Shown here: positions 22,999 to 35,656 of the stretch, one piece after another | How the letters are laid out: every line of letters begins with the position of its first letter | Position numbering within the stretch: the stretch's first letter is position 1 | NCBI GenBank assembly: GCA_003971905.1 | Contig: RSEE01000039.1 | Location: forward strand, 496,001-560,000 | Direction: 5' to 3' | Source of the DNA: Moniliella sp. 'wahieum' | Lineage: Eukaryota | Length of the DNA stretch: 64,000 bases | The notes under the pieces: generated by a model | Databases searched by the model: none | What the model was told of the DNA's origin: nothing | The model's input: the letters and a program-made list of their open reading frames with translations, nothing else | Made by a program: the position numbers and the translations under genes

Positions 22999-25825
22999 AT
23001 GCACGTTCCCAGTCGGCAAGAGCTGACCCAGATGGCGCTGAAGGATCCTAATGCGTTGCCCGAGGAGCCCTCTGACACATCCTCTGGCGCTTCTCTCCGC
23101 GAGGGCCCTCCTTCACCCGTCGTTTCCAGCAAGGAGGATGCAGAGCCCGGGCCGGCCAAAGAGGCCAACGCTGCGCCGGTGGACGTGCAGCCGTCGGGGA
23201 TGGAGCAGAAGGAATTGTCAAAGACAGATCTGGGCGCTGCCGAACTGGGCAAACAGCCAGGTGGATTCTGCCCTGCCTACTTCCAGCATGATTCCCGCCA
23301 TTCCCAGCAGCGCAGACGATTTGGCCTCCCAGTCGACGCTGGTGAGGGATGGATCGTCAGCGTCGCTAGGGCACAAATCGCTGCGCCCTCCACCTCCATT
23401 TTCTTTGCCCAAGGCGCTGTGTCGTACCATGGGATGCACCAAGACACTGCCTCGGCCTCGGCTCCCGTTTTGCCAGGCTCTTCCCCCCGCGTCAGTATGG
23501 ATTATGGTTCGGCCAATGCCGAACGGCCTCACCTTCTGCCCGATGGTTCCTCTTCAGCCCTGGCCCCACCTGGCGAAACTGCGCTAGAGGAAGGGGTTTA
23601 CCGCCACCCAGAGACGGGCGAGGAGACAGAGGTGGATAGAAACCACGCTGTGAAGGGTACGTTACTTCCATCATAGGTCAATTCATCCCCGGCCCCGTTT
23701 GCTAACTTCATCTCAATCTGCGCTCCCCCTTTCCCTCGTTTCGCCTCTACAGTCAAGAATGTGCCTTGAACGACGCAGATGATGGCAACGAAAGTGATTC
23801 GTGGGACAGCAGCCATGTTGTCGAGCATCGCACCGACACGTTCGACAGCACGCTGAGCACATTCTCTGTCGCCTCGTCGAAGCGCAACGCCGAATTTCAC
23901 TCTACGTTCCCGAGGCACCAGAGGACGAGTTCTTGATTGCAGGTGCGTTGATAATGCGTTGACCTGTATTTGTCTTTGCCTTTCCCTTGCCTTTGCCTTT
24001 CCCTCCTCGCCTTTGCCCCGAATACTGAACATGTATTTCCTTCTCCCCATTTTGCTCGTCTCAGACTTTGGCTGTGCGGCCATCCGGGAGCTTCTGCACC
24101 AAGGTCGTCTGTATGCAGCAGAGAACAACTTGTACTTCAACTCGAGTCTGTTTGGCTGGGTGACTAGCTTCATCATTCCCCTTTCCGAGGTGACTGCGAT
24201 CGAAAAGCGGATGACGGCGCTGGTGATTCCGAACTCGATCCAGATTTCGACTGCCAACGAGAAGGTACGTACACTCAGGGTAGCATATTACGCTCACGCT
24301 CGCACATGCTGACTGGGTTTTTTTAGTACCTTTTTGCCTCCTTTGCTTCGCGAGACCAGGCGTACGACAAGATTGTCAAGCTGTGGAAGTCGGCCAACCC
24401 ATCGTTGGATACCGATGCGGATGCCGACTTGGGAGCGGAAGAGAACGGGCCGAGCCGGATCAAACAGCGCATTGCGTCCCGCATGCATCGCCATCACAAG
24501 CTGATGAAATCACGTCTCCATCATCACCTTCGGGATACTGCTGACGAAAGCGAAGGTGGGATGGAGCGGGGATCGAAATCCAAAAGAGCCTCCTCTGCCC
24601 GCACGGGCAAAGCAAAGGGTTTGTCCCAGCAGGCCAGGGGGGCAAGGGCTTGAGCCGGCCCAAGACCCAGTGCACCGATGGCAAAGATCACTACCCAAAC
24701 GTGGTTATGGACCAAACGTACGGAGGGAGCCTAGAGACGGTGTACAATCTTCTCTTCACCTCAGGGTTTATGAAAACGTTTTTGGAAGAAGACCAGCAAT
24801 TGCTCAATGTGGAGCTGACGGATTGGCGTAAGGAGGCGGGCTCGGGCGATGCGAGAGATGCAGAGAGACGTTACATACATCAAACCGTTGAACGGGTCCG
24901 TCGGACCCAAGCAAACCAAATGCGTGATTGATGAGGTAGTTATCCATTCGGATTTTGAAGACCATACGAGCACGGTCACTACAACTCGGACGCCGGACGT
25001 GCCTAGTGGTGGATCATTTGCTGTCAAGACGCGTACTTGCCTCACCTGGGGTGGAGGATTGCGGACACGGGTGGTGGTGACGTGCGGGGTGGAATGGTCA
25101 GGGCGGAGCTTCCTAAAGAGTGTGATCGACAAGGCTTCCATTGACGGTCAAAAGGACTACTACAAGTCTTGATACCAACATACGCAAGTACATTAAGGAT
25201 CATCCACAAGAATTTGCTAGCGCCGACGCAGAGTTGGATGAAGAGACTGATGATGCAGAGGACGAGGACACGGAGAACGACGGATCGGTCTCCAAGGAGG
25301 AAGAAGCCCCTGTTCTACATGGGAATGGTTTCCTCCACGTTGTCGGGCATACTAGGAACTGTGGTGGATCACATTCAAAGAGTATCGCCATACTCGCTCT
25401 TGGTGGGCGGACTGGTACTGTGTTCTTCATTTATCACCTTCCACGCTGGTACCCCAGTGACCCCACATATGCCTAAGGCTTCAACGCCCCCTGGGCCTGT
25501 GGCCTATGATCCTGCGATTTCGGAGGCGGTCAAGCATGCCCTGCTTCAGCTTAAGCATTCTCCCGAGCTGCATGGAATGTACCACCCTACCGGGTCTGCG
25601 CATCCCTCTTCTCCCGTCTTCATGACCTCTCTCCATGTTGGTTCCCGACCCGGCTCACATCCATGCCTTTGCCATTTCCGACATCCACCGCCTGACAGCC
25701 TGGATCGAGTTCCAAGAACGGCAACTTCAGTTGGTTCGGAACGACCTGTCTTACCTCCTAAGCACCATCACTCTGCCGCTGCACAATACAAGCAGCAGGC
25801 CGAGGCAAGTGCGAAACGCGCGTGA
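22999..25825 (+). CDS. GRAM plus VASt/StARkin sterol-transfer protein (Lam/Ltc/Ysp2 family)
   Basis: GRAM: DFGCAAIRELLHQGRLYAAENNLYFNSSLFGWVT..IEKRMTALVIPNSIQI. VASt: YIKPLNGSVGPKQTKC..TTRTPDVPSGGSFAVKTRTCLTW..VEWSGRSFLKSVIDKASIDGQ. C-terminal hydrophobic segment; introns near 23675, 23943 and 24265. Confidence 0.9.
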
Positions 25826-26421
25826 GCATACGTGGGAGTACAGGTGCCACCGATCCGGCGTCCGCCCCTGCTCCTGCTTAATGAGAGACGCCATACGGCG
25901 CGCTTGGAATTCTGGAGGATTGTGCTTCTTATTAATTGTCTGCTTTCCCTGCTTTGTGTATCATACGTCCCAAGACCGCCCCCCTATCTGCTCTGCTCTT
26001 CGGCCCATGCGTGCGTCGAAGGTTAAAACATCATCACGTCATACTTGTCCGCCAAGGTCCCACTGCGCCTGGGCTGCCCCACACACGACTCGCTCCATCG
26101 GGAAATATATATATGGCTCACTCTAATCCGTCTGTCTTGCCTCGACTGCATATAGTACTACCGCTTACCGCCCGCTGGGCTTTTCTATTGGGGTGGACCC
26201 TTGGCCCGTTTGTTTGGCTTGGCACATAGCATAGTATAGGTCGACGCGTTTGGTATTTCCGCTAAAATGAGGCCGCTGCCTCGGTGTGGGGAGGAGGGGC
26301 AGGGACAGGTACAGCACAAAGCCCCCCCACCCAATTCCGCTGGTTCCGCGCTGAGCGGCCACGGGAACATAGCAGTCGGGCAGGAGGCACTTACTTGCCT
26401 TCCTCCACCAGCGTCCCGATC

Positions 26422-27430
26422 ATGCCCCCACTCCGAGGCGCGCGGTTATCGGGGCGGTCGACCTTGGCTTCTTTGCCTCGCAGCCTGCTTTTCTCGCTTT
26501 CCCCAGCCCGGCCTGGAGCAGCCCTCCTGTGCCCTGCCTCGCTTTTGCTCCTTCCCCAGGGACCAGGGCGGCGCTGCACACCTCTTGTCCTGCCCGCTCC
26601 GGCCATACCCCCCAAGAGGAGGCCAAATTGGCTGGGTTTCGTAAGGGCGCTGACCGGGGAAAAACGAGAAGAACTGAGGCAGCTGTTGCGCAATGAGCGG
26701 CTGGAGTGGCACGAGAAACATGCCCTGATCCAGCAGCGCTTGCGCGAGTACGACCCGCAGGCGGCCGAGGGCAAGCAGCAAGGGGCACTGGAGGACGAGG
26801 CGCAAACGTTGTTGGACAAGAGGAGGAGGAGAAGGAGCAAGACAATGAAGAAGGGCCGGGGCCGGAAGCGAGGCGTCGTCTGACGCCCGAAGAGAGGAAA
26901 GCGGTGGTGGATCGGATTAAGCAGATCAACGCAGGCAGTCCGTACGGCGGCCCGGCCGAGCCGCCCCCGCAAGGATGGCAACCCTACATCATCCTCGCCC
27001 TTGCCTTGTTCATACTCTATATGCTTCCCAATCCGGGCGAGACGGCGGGGCAGGTGGACTGGAAGGAGATGCGAGTGCTGCTCGAGCAGGACAAGGTGGC
27101 CTCCGTGAAGATATATGGGGACTCGATGGTGCGCGTGGTCGAAAAGACAGGCGGCACGGCTGGCCGCCCTGCGACGGCCAATGTGCACTGGTACGCCATC
27201 AGCTCGGCACAGGCTCGAGATGGAGCTAGAAAGACGCTGGAGGAGGCGGAGGTGACGTGGGAGCAGCGGCCGGTGGTGGAGGCGGTCAAAGAGGAGGAGG
27301 CGGAGATGGACGCGCCCAGGGCCAGCCTGTTGCCGCCTGCTGCCATTGGTGGCGTCGGTGGTGCCGCTGCTGCTGCTGCGGTGAGAGGGCGGGGGGTCGG
27401 GGGGGCGAGGGAGGAGGCGAGGCGTGAGGA
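26422..27430 (+). CDS. Putative mitochondrial membrane protein resembling only the N-terminal (TM plus FtsH_ext) region of m-AAA proteases
   Basis: Arg/Ser/Leu-rich presequence-like start, TM WQPYIILALALFILYML, then QVDWKEMRVLLEQDKVASVKIYGDSMVRV. No AAA motifs before CHS7. End approximate. Confidence 0.5.
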
Positions 27431-27916
27431 GCAAGCCCAGGCCAGCCATCTGTGCTGGGTCTGTGGTCTGCTGCGTCCCAGTTTCAACCGAATGAATGTG
27501 GAATGGAGACAGCTAGCACACACTGGCGCCGTGCCCGGGCGGTGCGCAATGCGGTGCAGGCCAGCTCGACTGGCGTGCAGGCCGCCACTGCGCCGCACTG
27601 CCCGCCTCTCGCCCTCGCCGCCGATCCAGCGCACAGGGGCTGTTTCGGCGTGCCACGCGTCACCTGCGGCCCAGGCACTGCGGCGCGCTGCTTGGAGCAG
27701 CCACGCCGAGGCCAGACTCCTCCTCCACCACCACCGCCACCCCCCCCCGCCGCCTTTCTGCCTCGCCGGGCCACCCACTTGCGCGCTTCGACGCTCTGGT
27801 TGCCGCATCTGCTCGCCGCATCTGCTCGCCCCTCGCCCCGCCGGCCTCCCCGATCCTCCGTCCGTTCGTCCGTCCACTCGCTTGTTCGCTCCCTCGCTTG
27901 CTCCCCCGCTCCCGCC

Positions 27917-28935
27917 ATGGGCTTCCAAGTCGGCAACTACACTGGCTCCTGCCAGCAGGTTGCCCTCCTCCCCTGTCCGCTCCTCGGCACAGCAGCCGGC
28001 GTTGCGCCCACCTGCTATGCACGCAACATCCAATTTGGCAGCACCCTCATCTTTCAAGGCGGTACGTTTCCCCCACCCCCTTCCCAACTGGCACGCTAAC
28101 CCCGCCTTCCTTCGCAGCTACATGCGTGATTCACATTTGCGCCCTGGTCATGGTCGCCATCATGTTGGTTCACATCAACACCAAGTACACCGCCATCGGT
28201 CGCCGCGAAATCAGTCTGGTCTTTTACATCTACTTCATTGAGGAGCTTCTCGGTATCTTCCTCGACTTGCTATTGTCCGCACCAGCTCGGGTGCCTATGG
28301 GTGGCTGGTGGCGGTCCACGTTGGCCTGGTACTTTCCATGTCTTGGTGTTTGATGGCAAATGGCTTGATTGGCTTCCAGATATGGGAAGATGGCACGCGC
28401 AAGTCCATCTTGGCCGTGTACGGCTCGACGATCGTCATGTGGATCATTGGCTTTGTCGTGGCTGCAGCCACGTTCAAGGGCTGGAGTTCGGCGCTCAGCC
28501 CAACGAAGCAGACGGGTCTGTTCGTGGTGCACATGATTGTTCCTGTCATATTTGTCGCCGTCTGGCTAGTCAGCCAGGTGGTTCTCGTCTTCCGTACCCT
28601 CGACACGCTCTGGCCCCTGGGTGACTTGTGCTTCGCCACGGGCTTCTACGCCATTGGTCTCGTGCTCATGCTTGCTGCCAGCCCCGAGGTGTGCAAGGGC
28701 ACAAAGCACTACGTTGATGGCCTCTTCTTTGGCGTTCTCTCCATCCTTCTCGCCGTCATGATGGTCTACAAGTTCTGGGACGACATTACCAAGGAAGACC
28801 TCGAGTTCTCCGTTGGCAACAAGCTTTCCTCTTGGGAAGTCAAGGACCCCGTCTTCTTTGGCTCCGAGACCACAGACACGCTGGTATCCACCCCCAGTGC
28901 CACGACTGAACAAAGCGGGCTACCAAGCGTTCTAA
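27917..28935 (+). CDS. CHS7: Chitin synthase export chaperone Chs7
   Basis: [79 protein letters not shown]. Intron 28062-28117. Confidence 0.93.
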
Positions 28936-30249
28936 GGTTGGAGTTACCCTATTGCCTGCCCCTGCGCTCTGCCCCTTGCCTCTGCAACCCTGCTCTCTTC
29001 TCCCTGTCCCCCTCCCCTTTGCCTCCATTCCGGTTGTTCCCCATCTCCTCTCGCACTTTCTATCCGCCTCGGACTCCGGACCTGAACCCTCCCTTCCTTC
29101 CCTTCCTTCGCTCATTCTGTTACCCCTCTGTTTGGACTGCAGGCTCGACCATCCTAAGCAAGGTTCCCCTTCTCTGTCTCTCGCTTGTCTCCCTGGGCTG
29201 TGAGATTGTGAGAGTTTAAAGCGGCCCGGTTTCCTTTTGAGGCGATGGTGACCAGCTCCGTCCCGCCCCTGCCGGGGCTGAGGCCAGCCCTGAGGCCACG
29301 CCCAACGGTGGGGTTCTACTCTTTTCTTTTCTTTTCTCTTCCCCCTTCTGCCTCCCTCCTCCCTTCCCGTCCCCCTCCCTGGGCCGGGGCTGCTCATCGT
29401 TCACTGTTCACTAATCCGGCCCGATCCTGTTTGAAGCCTTCATGTTCTGTCGACCTGCCATCCAAGACGCACATCTCTTTCGAATCTGGCTGGTAGGTGG
29501 GAACTGGTGGGGCGCCAACGAGTCAGGCTCATGCGAAAGAGCAGCGATGGTTTCAAATGTGGGCATGGTCGCAAGACTGGTAGTGGCTAGTGAGATCAGG
29601 CGGGATAGCATAGCTGAGGATGAGATGGGGTGCGCCAGGTTGGGGGGGCGTACGGTGCGAGCCAGGAAGGTGTTCTAGCCTACCTAGTCACTCTGCTCAC
29701 GTATCATCGATCCATCTCTCGCTTACGACGTGGGTCGCAGCAGCAATGCGAGCGTCCCAAGCTCCGCGGAGCTGAAGTGCCGGTACGGGGCCGGGGAGGG
29801 CGGGCGTACGAGACGAGCCCGTGCACCGTCTCGCTTGCCGGATCCTGCGTCGGCTGGCGCACGCGCAACGGGCCTGTCTGATCGACCTGATCGAGATCAA
29901 AATGACGGGACCTAAGCCGCGAGATACGTGCCCACTGCAGCATCCAGGGCTCCAACGCAGCCCTCCCTGCGACGCGCGCTCGCAGCGGTGCTCAACAGTT
30001 GTCTCGCTCACGAATAGTTCTCACTTCCATTAGCAGATGTCCCTCTGGTGGGGTGCTCCAAGCTCATCGATGACGCTCACCCTGTTGCTGTCCATCTTTG
30101 GATTCGCCCGCTCCACCACCCCCAACAGTGCGGCACATTGCTATTTTTGTCGAACGTGAGGGTGAATAATCTCGACAACGTGCCGTGGGAACATGCAGTG
30201 CAAGGGAAGAGAAAACAAAACAAAAGGGGTAGGAAGGTTATCGGAGTGT

Positions 30250-31708
30250 TTACAGTTCAAAGGGCGACTTGTTATCCCCATAGATGGTGCGGTAGAAGTT
30301 GCGCAGGTCGGCCGAAGAGGACGGTGCGGTGGGGCTGGTTCCAATCTCGTCGTTCATGGCAAGAAACTTGAGGCCAGCTGCGATGCGGTCCTGTACAGTG
30401 GTGCGGACATCCTCGTTGGAGGCCGAGTCGGACGTCCACATCTGCAGCAGGGTCGCCTTGTTGATCACATTGGGAGGTACAACAGCAAAGGATAAGGCAG
30501 TCTCCTCCTTTCCTGGCGGTCGCAGTCCCTTGGGCATGCTCCCATCCAGGGCAGTGTATGCATGGACCAAAAGCGGCGTGATCAAATCGTCGTAATGGCG
30601 AAAGCGGTGGGAGAGGGTCTTGTTTACCTCGGCCCCAAACTTGAGTGCTGCACCTTCCAACGCGGTGCGGGTGTAAACGAAGGGGGCGTGCTTCACATAC
30701 CGTGGCGGGAAAGCAAGGCTGCTGGCAGGTCCATAGGTTTGCTCGATCACGTCCAGCGTGTGGAACGTGCTAAAGCGCCAAATATTTTGGGAAGGAACCA
30801 GTTGGTCGTAGTCATCCGGCTTGCTAATTTCGCTGTCCTCGAGAAACTGCAGCACACCGCGCTCGGGTCCACGGCCACGATAGCCATTCTTGGCCCACCG
30901 CACGCCCGGAAGGACACTCGAGCGGCCCCGAGGATGAAAAAGTCCCTGGGATGCAAGGGAGAGGGAAAGGTGTAGTCGTCATTACAGTGGATGATCCACT
31001 CATGTCCGTCAAATGACTTGCAGGCGGAGGGGTGGAAGTTTGTGGAGAAACGCTTCGACAATGTTCGAGCTAAAAGTAGGACGGGCTTCAGGAGGAATCA
31101 AGATATTTTGGTCTACCCACTCAATGCGACCCTCCGGGTCTGCTTCCCCGTCGCGGCGGCCGGGGAGGGATGGGGGACCAACGTACCGCTCACATCCACG
31201 GGCGGATGCGCCAGACGAACAAAAGAAGGTGGTGAAGGGGAGACAACAACAATCCGACCCGTGTGCCAGGGAAGGTGGAGCGCCAGCGTACGCAAGCTGA
31301 ACTTGAGGTCGTCATTGTCCCGATCCCGATCACACCAACGGCAAAGTGGCCTCCATACTGTTCGCGCAGCCGACGGTTCTCGGGATCGCTTCCATTGACC
31401 CACGTGTAGACAATCGTCGCATTGCGCCCATTGCCACTCGGGTTCAAGTTCCAGCGGCGCAGATGCTGCGGCCAGCGCAGAGGTGGCATTGAGCGACGCG
31501 GCGGGTAGTCCGTGAGAAGAGCGTGCACTGGGGTCCATGGTCGCAGCCATGACGAGGATGAGGACGAGGGCGAGGGCGGCGAGAGCGGTAAAGACGCGCG
31601 ATGCGAGGGACTCGCCGGGGGGCACTGCGGCCTGGGGAGTGGCTCGCCGTGGGGCTCATCGCTGTCGGGCACGGGCTGGTATCGAGGGAGGGTGCCCATG
31701 ATGCCCAT
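30250..31708 (-). CDS. Stealth-family hexose/pentose-1-phosphate transferase, type II membrane protein
   Basis: N-terminal TM; CR1 IVYTWVNGSDP; CR2 RDNDDLKFSLRTL..LPW..GRIVVV and IIHCNDDYTF..DFF; CR3 KHAPFVY..TLSHRFRHYDDL; CR4 KFLAMNDE..KSPFEL. Confidence 0.88.
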
Positions 31709-32624
31709 GGCAAGCACAGCGCAGGGGGAGGGCGAGGGGCGAGGAGGTGGAGGTGGAGGTGGAGGTGGAGGTGGAGGTGGAGAGGATGAGGCCGGGGGGG
31801 TCTGAGGGGGGCTACGGGCTGTGGAGGGTGGGCAGGGCGGGTGGCGTCTGCGTCTGCTTCTGCATCGGGAGGGTTACCGGTTAGAGTGCGCAGCCGCTGT
31901 CTTGCGTCGCGAGGCGCCAAGAGGCGGAGGAAGCGGGAGGCAGGAGAGCGGCGTGGTGCGGCAGGCACCCGGCGAGCGAAAGCAGGCTTGGCAGCCGCCA
32001 AGCGCCAGTCTAATCGCAGCGCACCGCAGCCGGCCTCGCGTCGCGCCAGTGTCCGCCCTCGCTCGTCCGCCCGTCGCTGGTCCTGCGATCGCAGCCACAG
32101 GGTCCAGCGCGGGGCACTCGCCCCGTGCCTTGCGCCGCCGCGGTGCAGCGTGTGAGTAACTAGTAACTAGTTACGAGCAACTATGGAAGTACTAAGTACT
32201 GCGTCCTGATTAAGATCGCGTATCGCACGCCTCAGGCACATTCCGTTCACTACGTTCACTCTTCACGCAAAGCTCCGCATGCTTCCGCTCCACATATGCT
32301 TCCTGCTCCATCTGCACCCCCCTGGCCTGCCGGAGCAGGACAGGACCCTGCCCCCTGTAGCTCCCGACGCCTCTCGTCCGCTCTTCGTTCTCGCCTCCAT
32401 CATCCACATGCTCGCGTGCCGCCCCCCACACGACCTCGTGGAGAATCAATGTCCAAATCCGACTTGGCACGCCCGCCGCTCGACTGTGGGCGAGGCCTGT
32501 ACGACACGTGTCTGTGACAGCATGGCAGCTGCAAAAAAGCCACAACTGCCCCAAAATGAACAATTAACGAACGTTAAACCCAATCGACATGGAGATAACA
32601 TCGATAACAGCCTACCCTACTATT

Positions 32625-32755
32625 TGTAAGAGTCGGGTGACACGAGTGAGGCGAAGTACCAAGGGAAGCAAAGGACGCACTGGTAGGGGAAAGGAGAACA
32701 GGATCGGCGAAGAGCGATGAGAAGATTTACCTGATTAGCTAAGAGGTCCGTGACA
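32625..32755. mobile_element. Short solo LTR (copy 2, 131 bp)
   Basis: TGTAAG...GTGACA flanked by a perfect 5-bp TSD CTATT (32620-32624 and 32756-32760). Homologous to 1095-1245. Confidence 0.85.
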
Positions 32756-34342
32756 CTATTCCCCCCATATATCGTTAGTCACTTCTAAGAATCCTATACA
32801 CCCTGTGCTACTGTTCCCTGCTGGTGTTACTCAAGCGAGGTCCATACCGCGTCCTTCATCTCGTGTGTGCGCTCTTATCGCCAAAAGCTCGCAACTGATG
32901 CTTGCTCCACCGCATGTGCTCTTCGACATCTCCACATTCTATTTTTTCGCTTAATTCTGCATCAGACCAAAGCTTTTTCAGCGTCTTCCTCTCAAAACTA
33001 TTAGAGCAATAACAAAACATATTTCTTCCTCTCTGTACTGTGCAACAACCTCTGGCCATCACTACAGCACCAGTTCGCCCGGCATGGTCTTGGGCGGCGA
33101 GAAGAGGCGCAATAGCGGTCCCAGACCAACTCATCGGCAGTGGATCCCGCCCTAGTCTCAAGTAAGGAACCGCGATGTTGCCTCACTCAATATGGTAAAC
33201 CCTCTTCGTATACTCTTCAATCGCCAATACATGCACATTGCCCGTCAACCTATAGGCCGAGTCACTTGCGCGCATTCGAGTCGATCTGCGCGGCCACAAG
33301 CTTCAAGCTCTGCCCCGCGCATCAGCAACGCTTGAACCACTTGGTACTGAAGAGAAGACGTTAGTGGTCGCAACTACTGTAGACTCATTTTGCTGTGTAT
33401 CCACTCTTTTCGATCTAGAGCCTCTAATTTGGTTTGATCCTCACGCATGGACTGCAAAATATATTGGACTCACAGCAAAAGCTAGAGCCCCCTTGCTCGT
33501 CGGATACTCCTATTAGAGTTCCTTCGCATGGATCTTTGGCCCATATGGCACGGGGAAGTTACTGATCAAGATGGGAGGGGGGAGGGTAATAACAAAGTGG
33601 AGGCAACTCACACAAACATTGTCATAGGAACGTGATTATATACGAGTGATCAGAATGAAGTCGCGTGTGCATAACCCGGATTGCATGGGCCAGTGTGTTC
33701 TTCACCACCTCTCTGTGAGACATTCTCTCCATGGTGGGTCTCAGGGGGCCATGGAAAACACCATCCCTATATATATAGCTGCCCAGACTTGAAAACCCGA
33801 CCAAAAAGGGTGCAATAACTTTCTATAGTCAGAGAGGTGTGGTGTGGCCATATGTGGCATGTGAGTAGCATTTGAAGCGCTCTTGTGCATCTATACCAGG
33901 GACTGTATAAACTTTGCACACTTGCCCCCGCAGTTACAACATATGTTCGGTACCTAGATTGCCAGACGAATAACTAGTAACTAGCAACTCTCCTATTAGT
34001 AACTGTGGTGCTAAGAACTAATGAGCTTCACGTTAAGCTTCCGTGACGCTGTGTGCTGTGAAATGCCATGCACACTAGTAACTTACTCTCGCGGGAGAGA
34101 TGTTCGCCCATGACATTTTTATGATGCATGGCATGATGGCACTATGATGGACACGATGTGCATGATGCGCGCGACGCCACATGTTCCCCTCTTAATAAGC
34201 TTTGGTGGAGAAGTTGCTGTGCTGCGTAAACGGAATTAAAACGTCAGTGCGGGGACGAAGACTTATTTAACTCCAGCCACCTCCATCTGGTGCTCCACAC
34301 TTGCTCACCTGTGGCACATGGTTAGGCCGATGAGTTCGCTTT

Positions 34343-34439
34343 TAGTAGACATACGCTGTGGCTGAAATAGTAGACATACGCTGTGGCTGAAAGGAATAGA
34401 TGAGAGATGACATGCATGACATGCATGACATGCATGACA
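34343..34439. repeat. 25-bp tandem duplication followed by (CATGCATGA)x3
   Basis: TAGTAGACATACGCTGTGGCTGAAA at 34343 and 34368; 9-bp repeat at about 34410-34439. Confidence 0.9.
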
Positions 34440-34576
34440 GAAGACCATTTAGGAGCTGCGTATGCACGGGCAGGAAAGCCTCTCAAAGAGTGCACCATCA
34501 CCCACACAGCGTATATTCCCACGACCACCATATATTTTTCGCACAGTGGGCGCCTCGTCTAACCCGTTCCATCTTC

Positions 34577-35656
34577 ATGTCCAACCCGTCGAATCGACCG
34601 CCAATATCCAATGGGTATTTTGAAGAAGAAGCACAAGAGGCGCCTTTGCAGCAGCTTTTTAAAGCTGCGCAATCACCTCCTCACCCTCAAGCTTCTTCAA
34701 TTGAGCAGCATCGTGCACGGAGTGAAGAAGAAACGAGAGCCAACCCAACACTGCTGAGCTCGTCCGAATATGACTCGGTCCAGAACCTACTGTCTTTACG
34801 AACCCCAATCCAACCTGGGACCCTGACTGAGGCCCACCACAACCTTCGTCCTCGTACTCGTATACGGTCGCTGACTGATGGTACTAGTCCAACCTCCCCC
34901 TTTCCCAGCATCTTAAGTGTCCCATTGCACCATCGACAGGTACCTCCTCTGGCCAACAACACAGAGGCTCTTCGTCCGGCATCATTTCCTCCGTTGCCTG
35001 CCCCTCCACGCCCAGGACGAGAGATGTGGGAGGCAACGCAGGCCGCCTTGGCACCACGTACCCAGTGTCATCCTGCGCCCAGACCGATTCTTACGCAGAA
35101 CGAGCGTGCCCAGGAACGCAACCCCTTCCTATCCCATCCTCGGTACAATTCCCAAGGCCGGTTCATTCGTATTGACGGATCCTCTGGGAGGGTATCGATG
35201 ATACCAGGTCCCCATTCCCGGCGCTCTTCAACACACACGAATCCGGGCACCGTTCCGTACCGCTCCGCGCCGTACCATCGCAACTTCTCTTCCAGAGCCT
35301 TAGCCCACTCTCCCACTTTCCCTACCCCCCATACCAATGACCCTACCCTAAGATGCGTTCAGTCATCCCATTCCGCTCATCACCCGCACATGCTACAGCG
35401 CAACCGACCCGGAAGACCTCCCGTTTTTTATCCATCCCCCGCAGTTGCCGGCTCCAATCCCGACGGGCCATTCTCTTCCACCTCTCCATCTACGCAGTAC
35501 TTGCCACCATCAACATCATCGCCTGATGTTGCACCCCCCTCCTCATCTGATGGTGGTACGACTACTAGTAGTAGTGCTGCGCTCAGTTCGGCCCGACTCC
35601 ATCTCGCCTCTCCTGTCAACTTCTTCTCCCAGTGCCTGGTCTGTCTATTCCCTTGA
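34577..35656 (+). CDS. Hypothetical Pro/Ser-rich disordered protein
   Basis: Long open frame (track ORF 34400-35656) in lower-GC DNA. No recognisable domain. Confidence 0.45.
   Translation: MSNPSNRPPISNGYFEEEAQEAPLQQLFKAAQSPPHPQASSIEQHRARSEEETRANPTLLSSSEYDSVQNLLSLRTPIQPGTLTEAHHNLRPRTRIRSLTDGTSPTSPFPSILSVPLHHRQVPPLANNTEALRPASFPPLPAPPRPGREMWEATQAALAPRTQCHPAPRPILTQNERAQERNPFLSHPRYNSQGRFIRIDGSSGRVSMIPGPHSRRSSTHTNPGTVPYRSAPYHRNFSSRALAHSPTFPTPHTNDPTLRCVQSSHSAHHPHMLQRNRPGRPPVFYPSPAVAGSNPDGPFSSTSPSTQYLPPSTSSPDVAPPSSSDGGTTTSSSAALSSARLHLASPVNFFSQCLVCLFP

Noticed and set aside
1095..32755. The two LTRs as ends of one giant element
   Set aside because: Each has its own TSD, they are diverged, and housekeeping genes lie between them.
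34343..34392. Direct repeats as a CRISPR array (also 42849-42900)
   Set aside because: Only two copies, no proper spacers, no cas genes, eukaryotic context.
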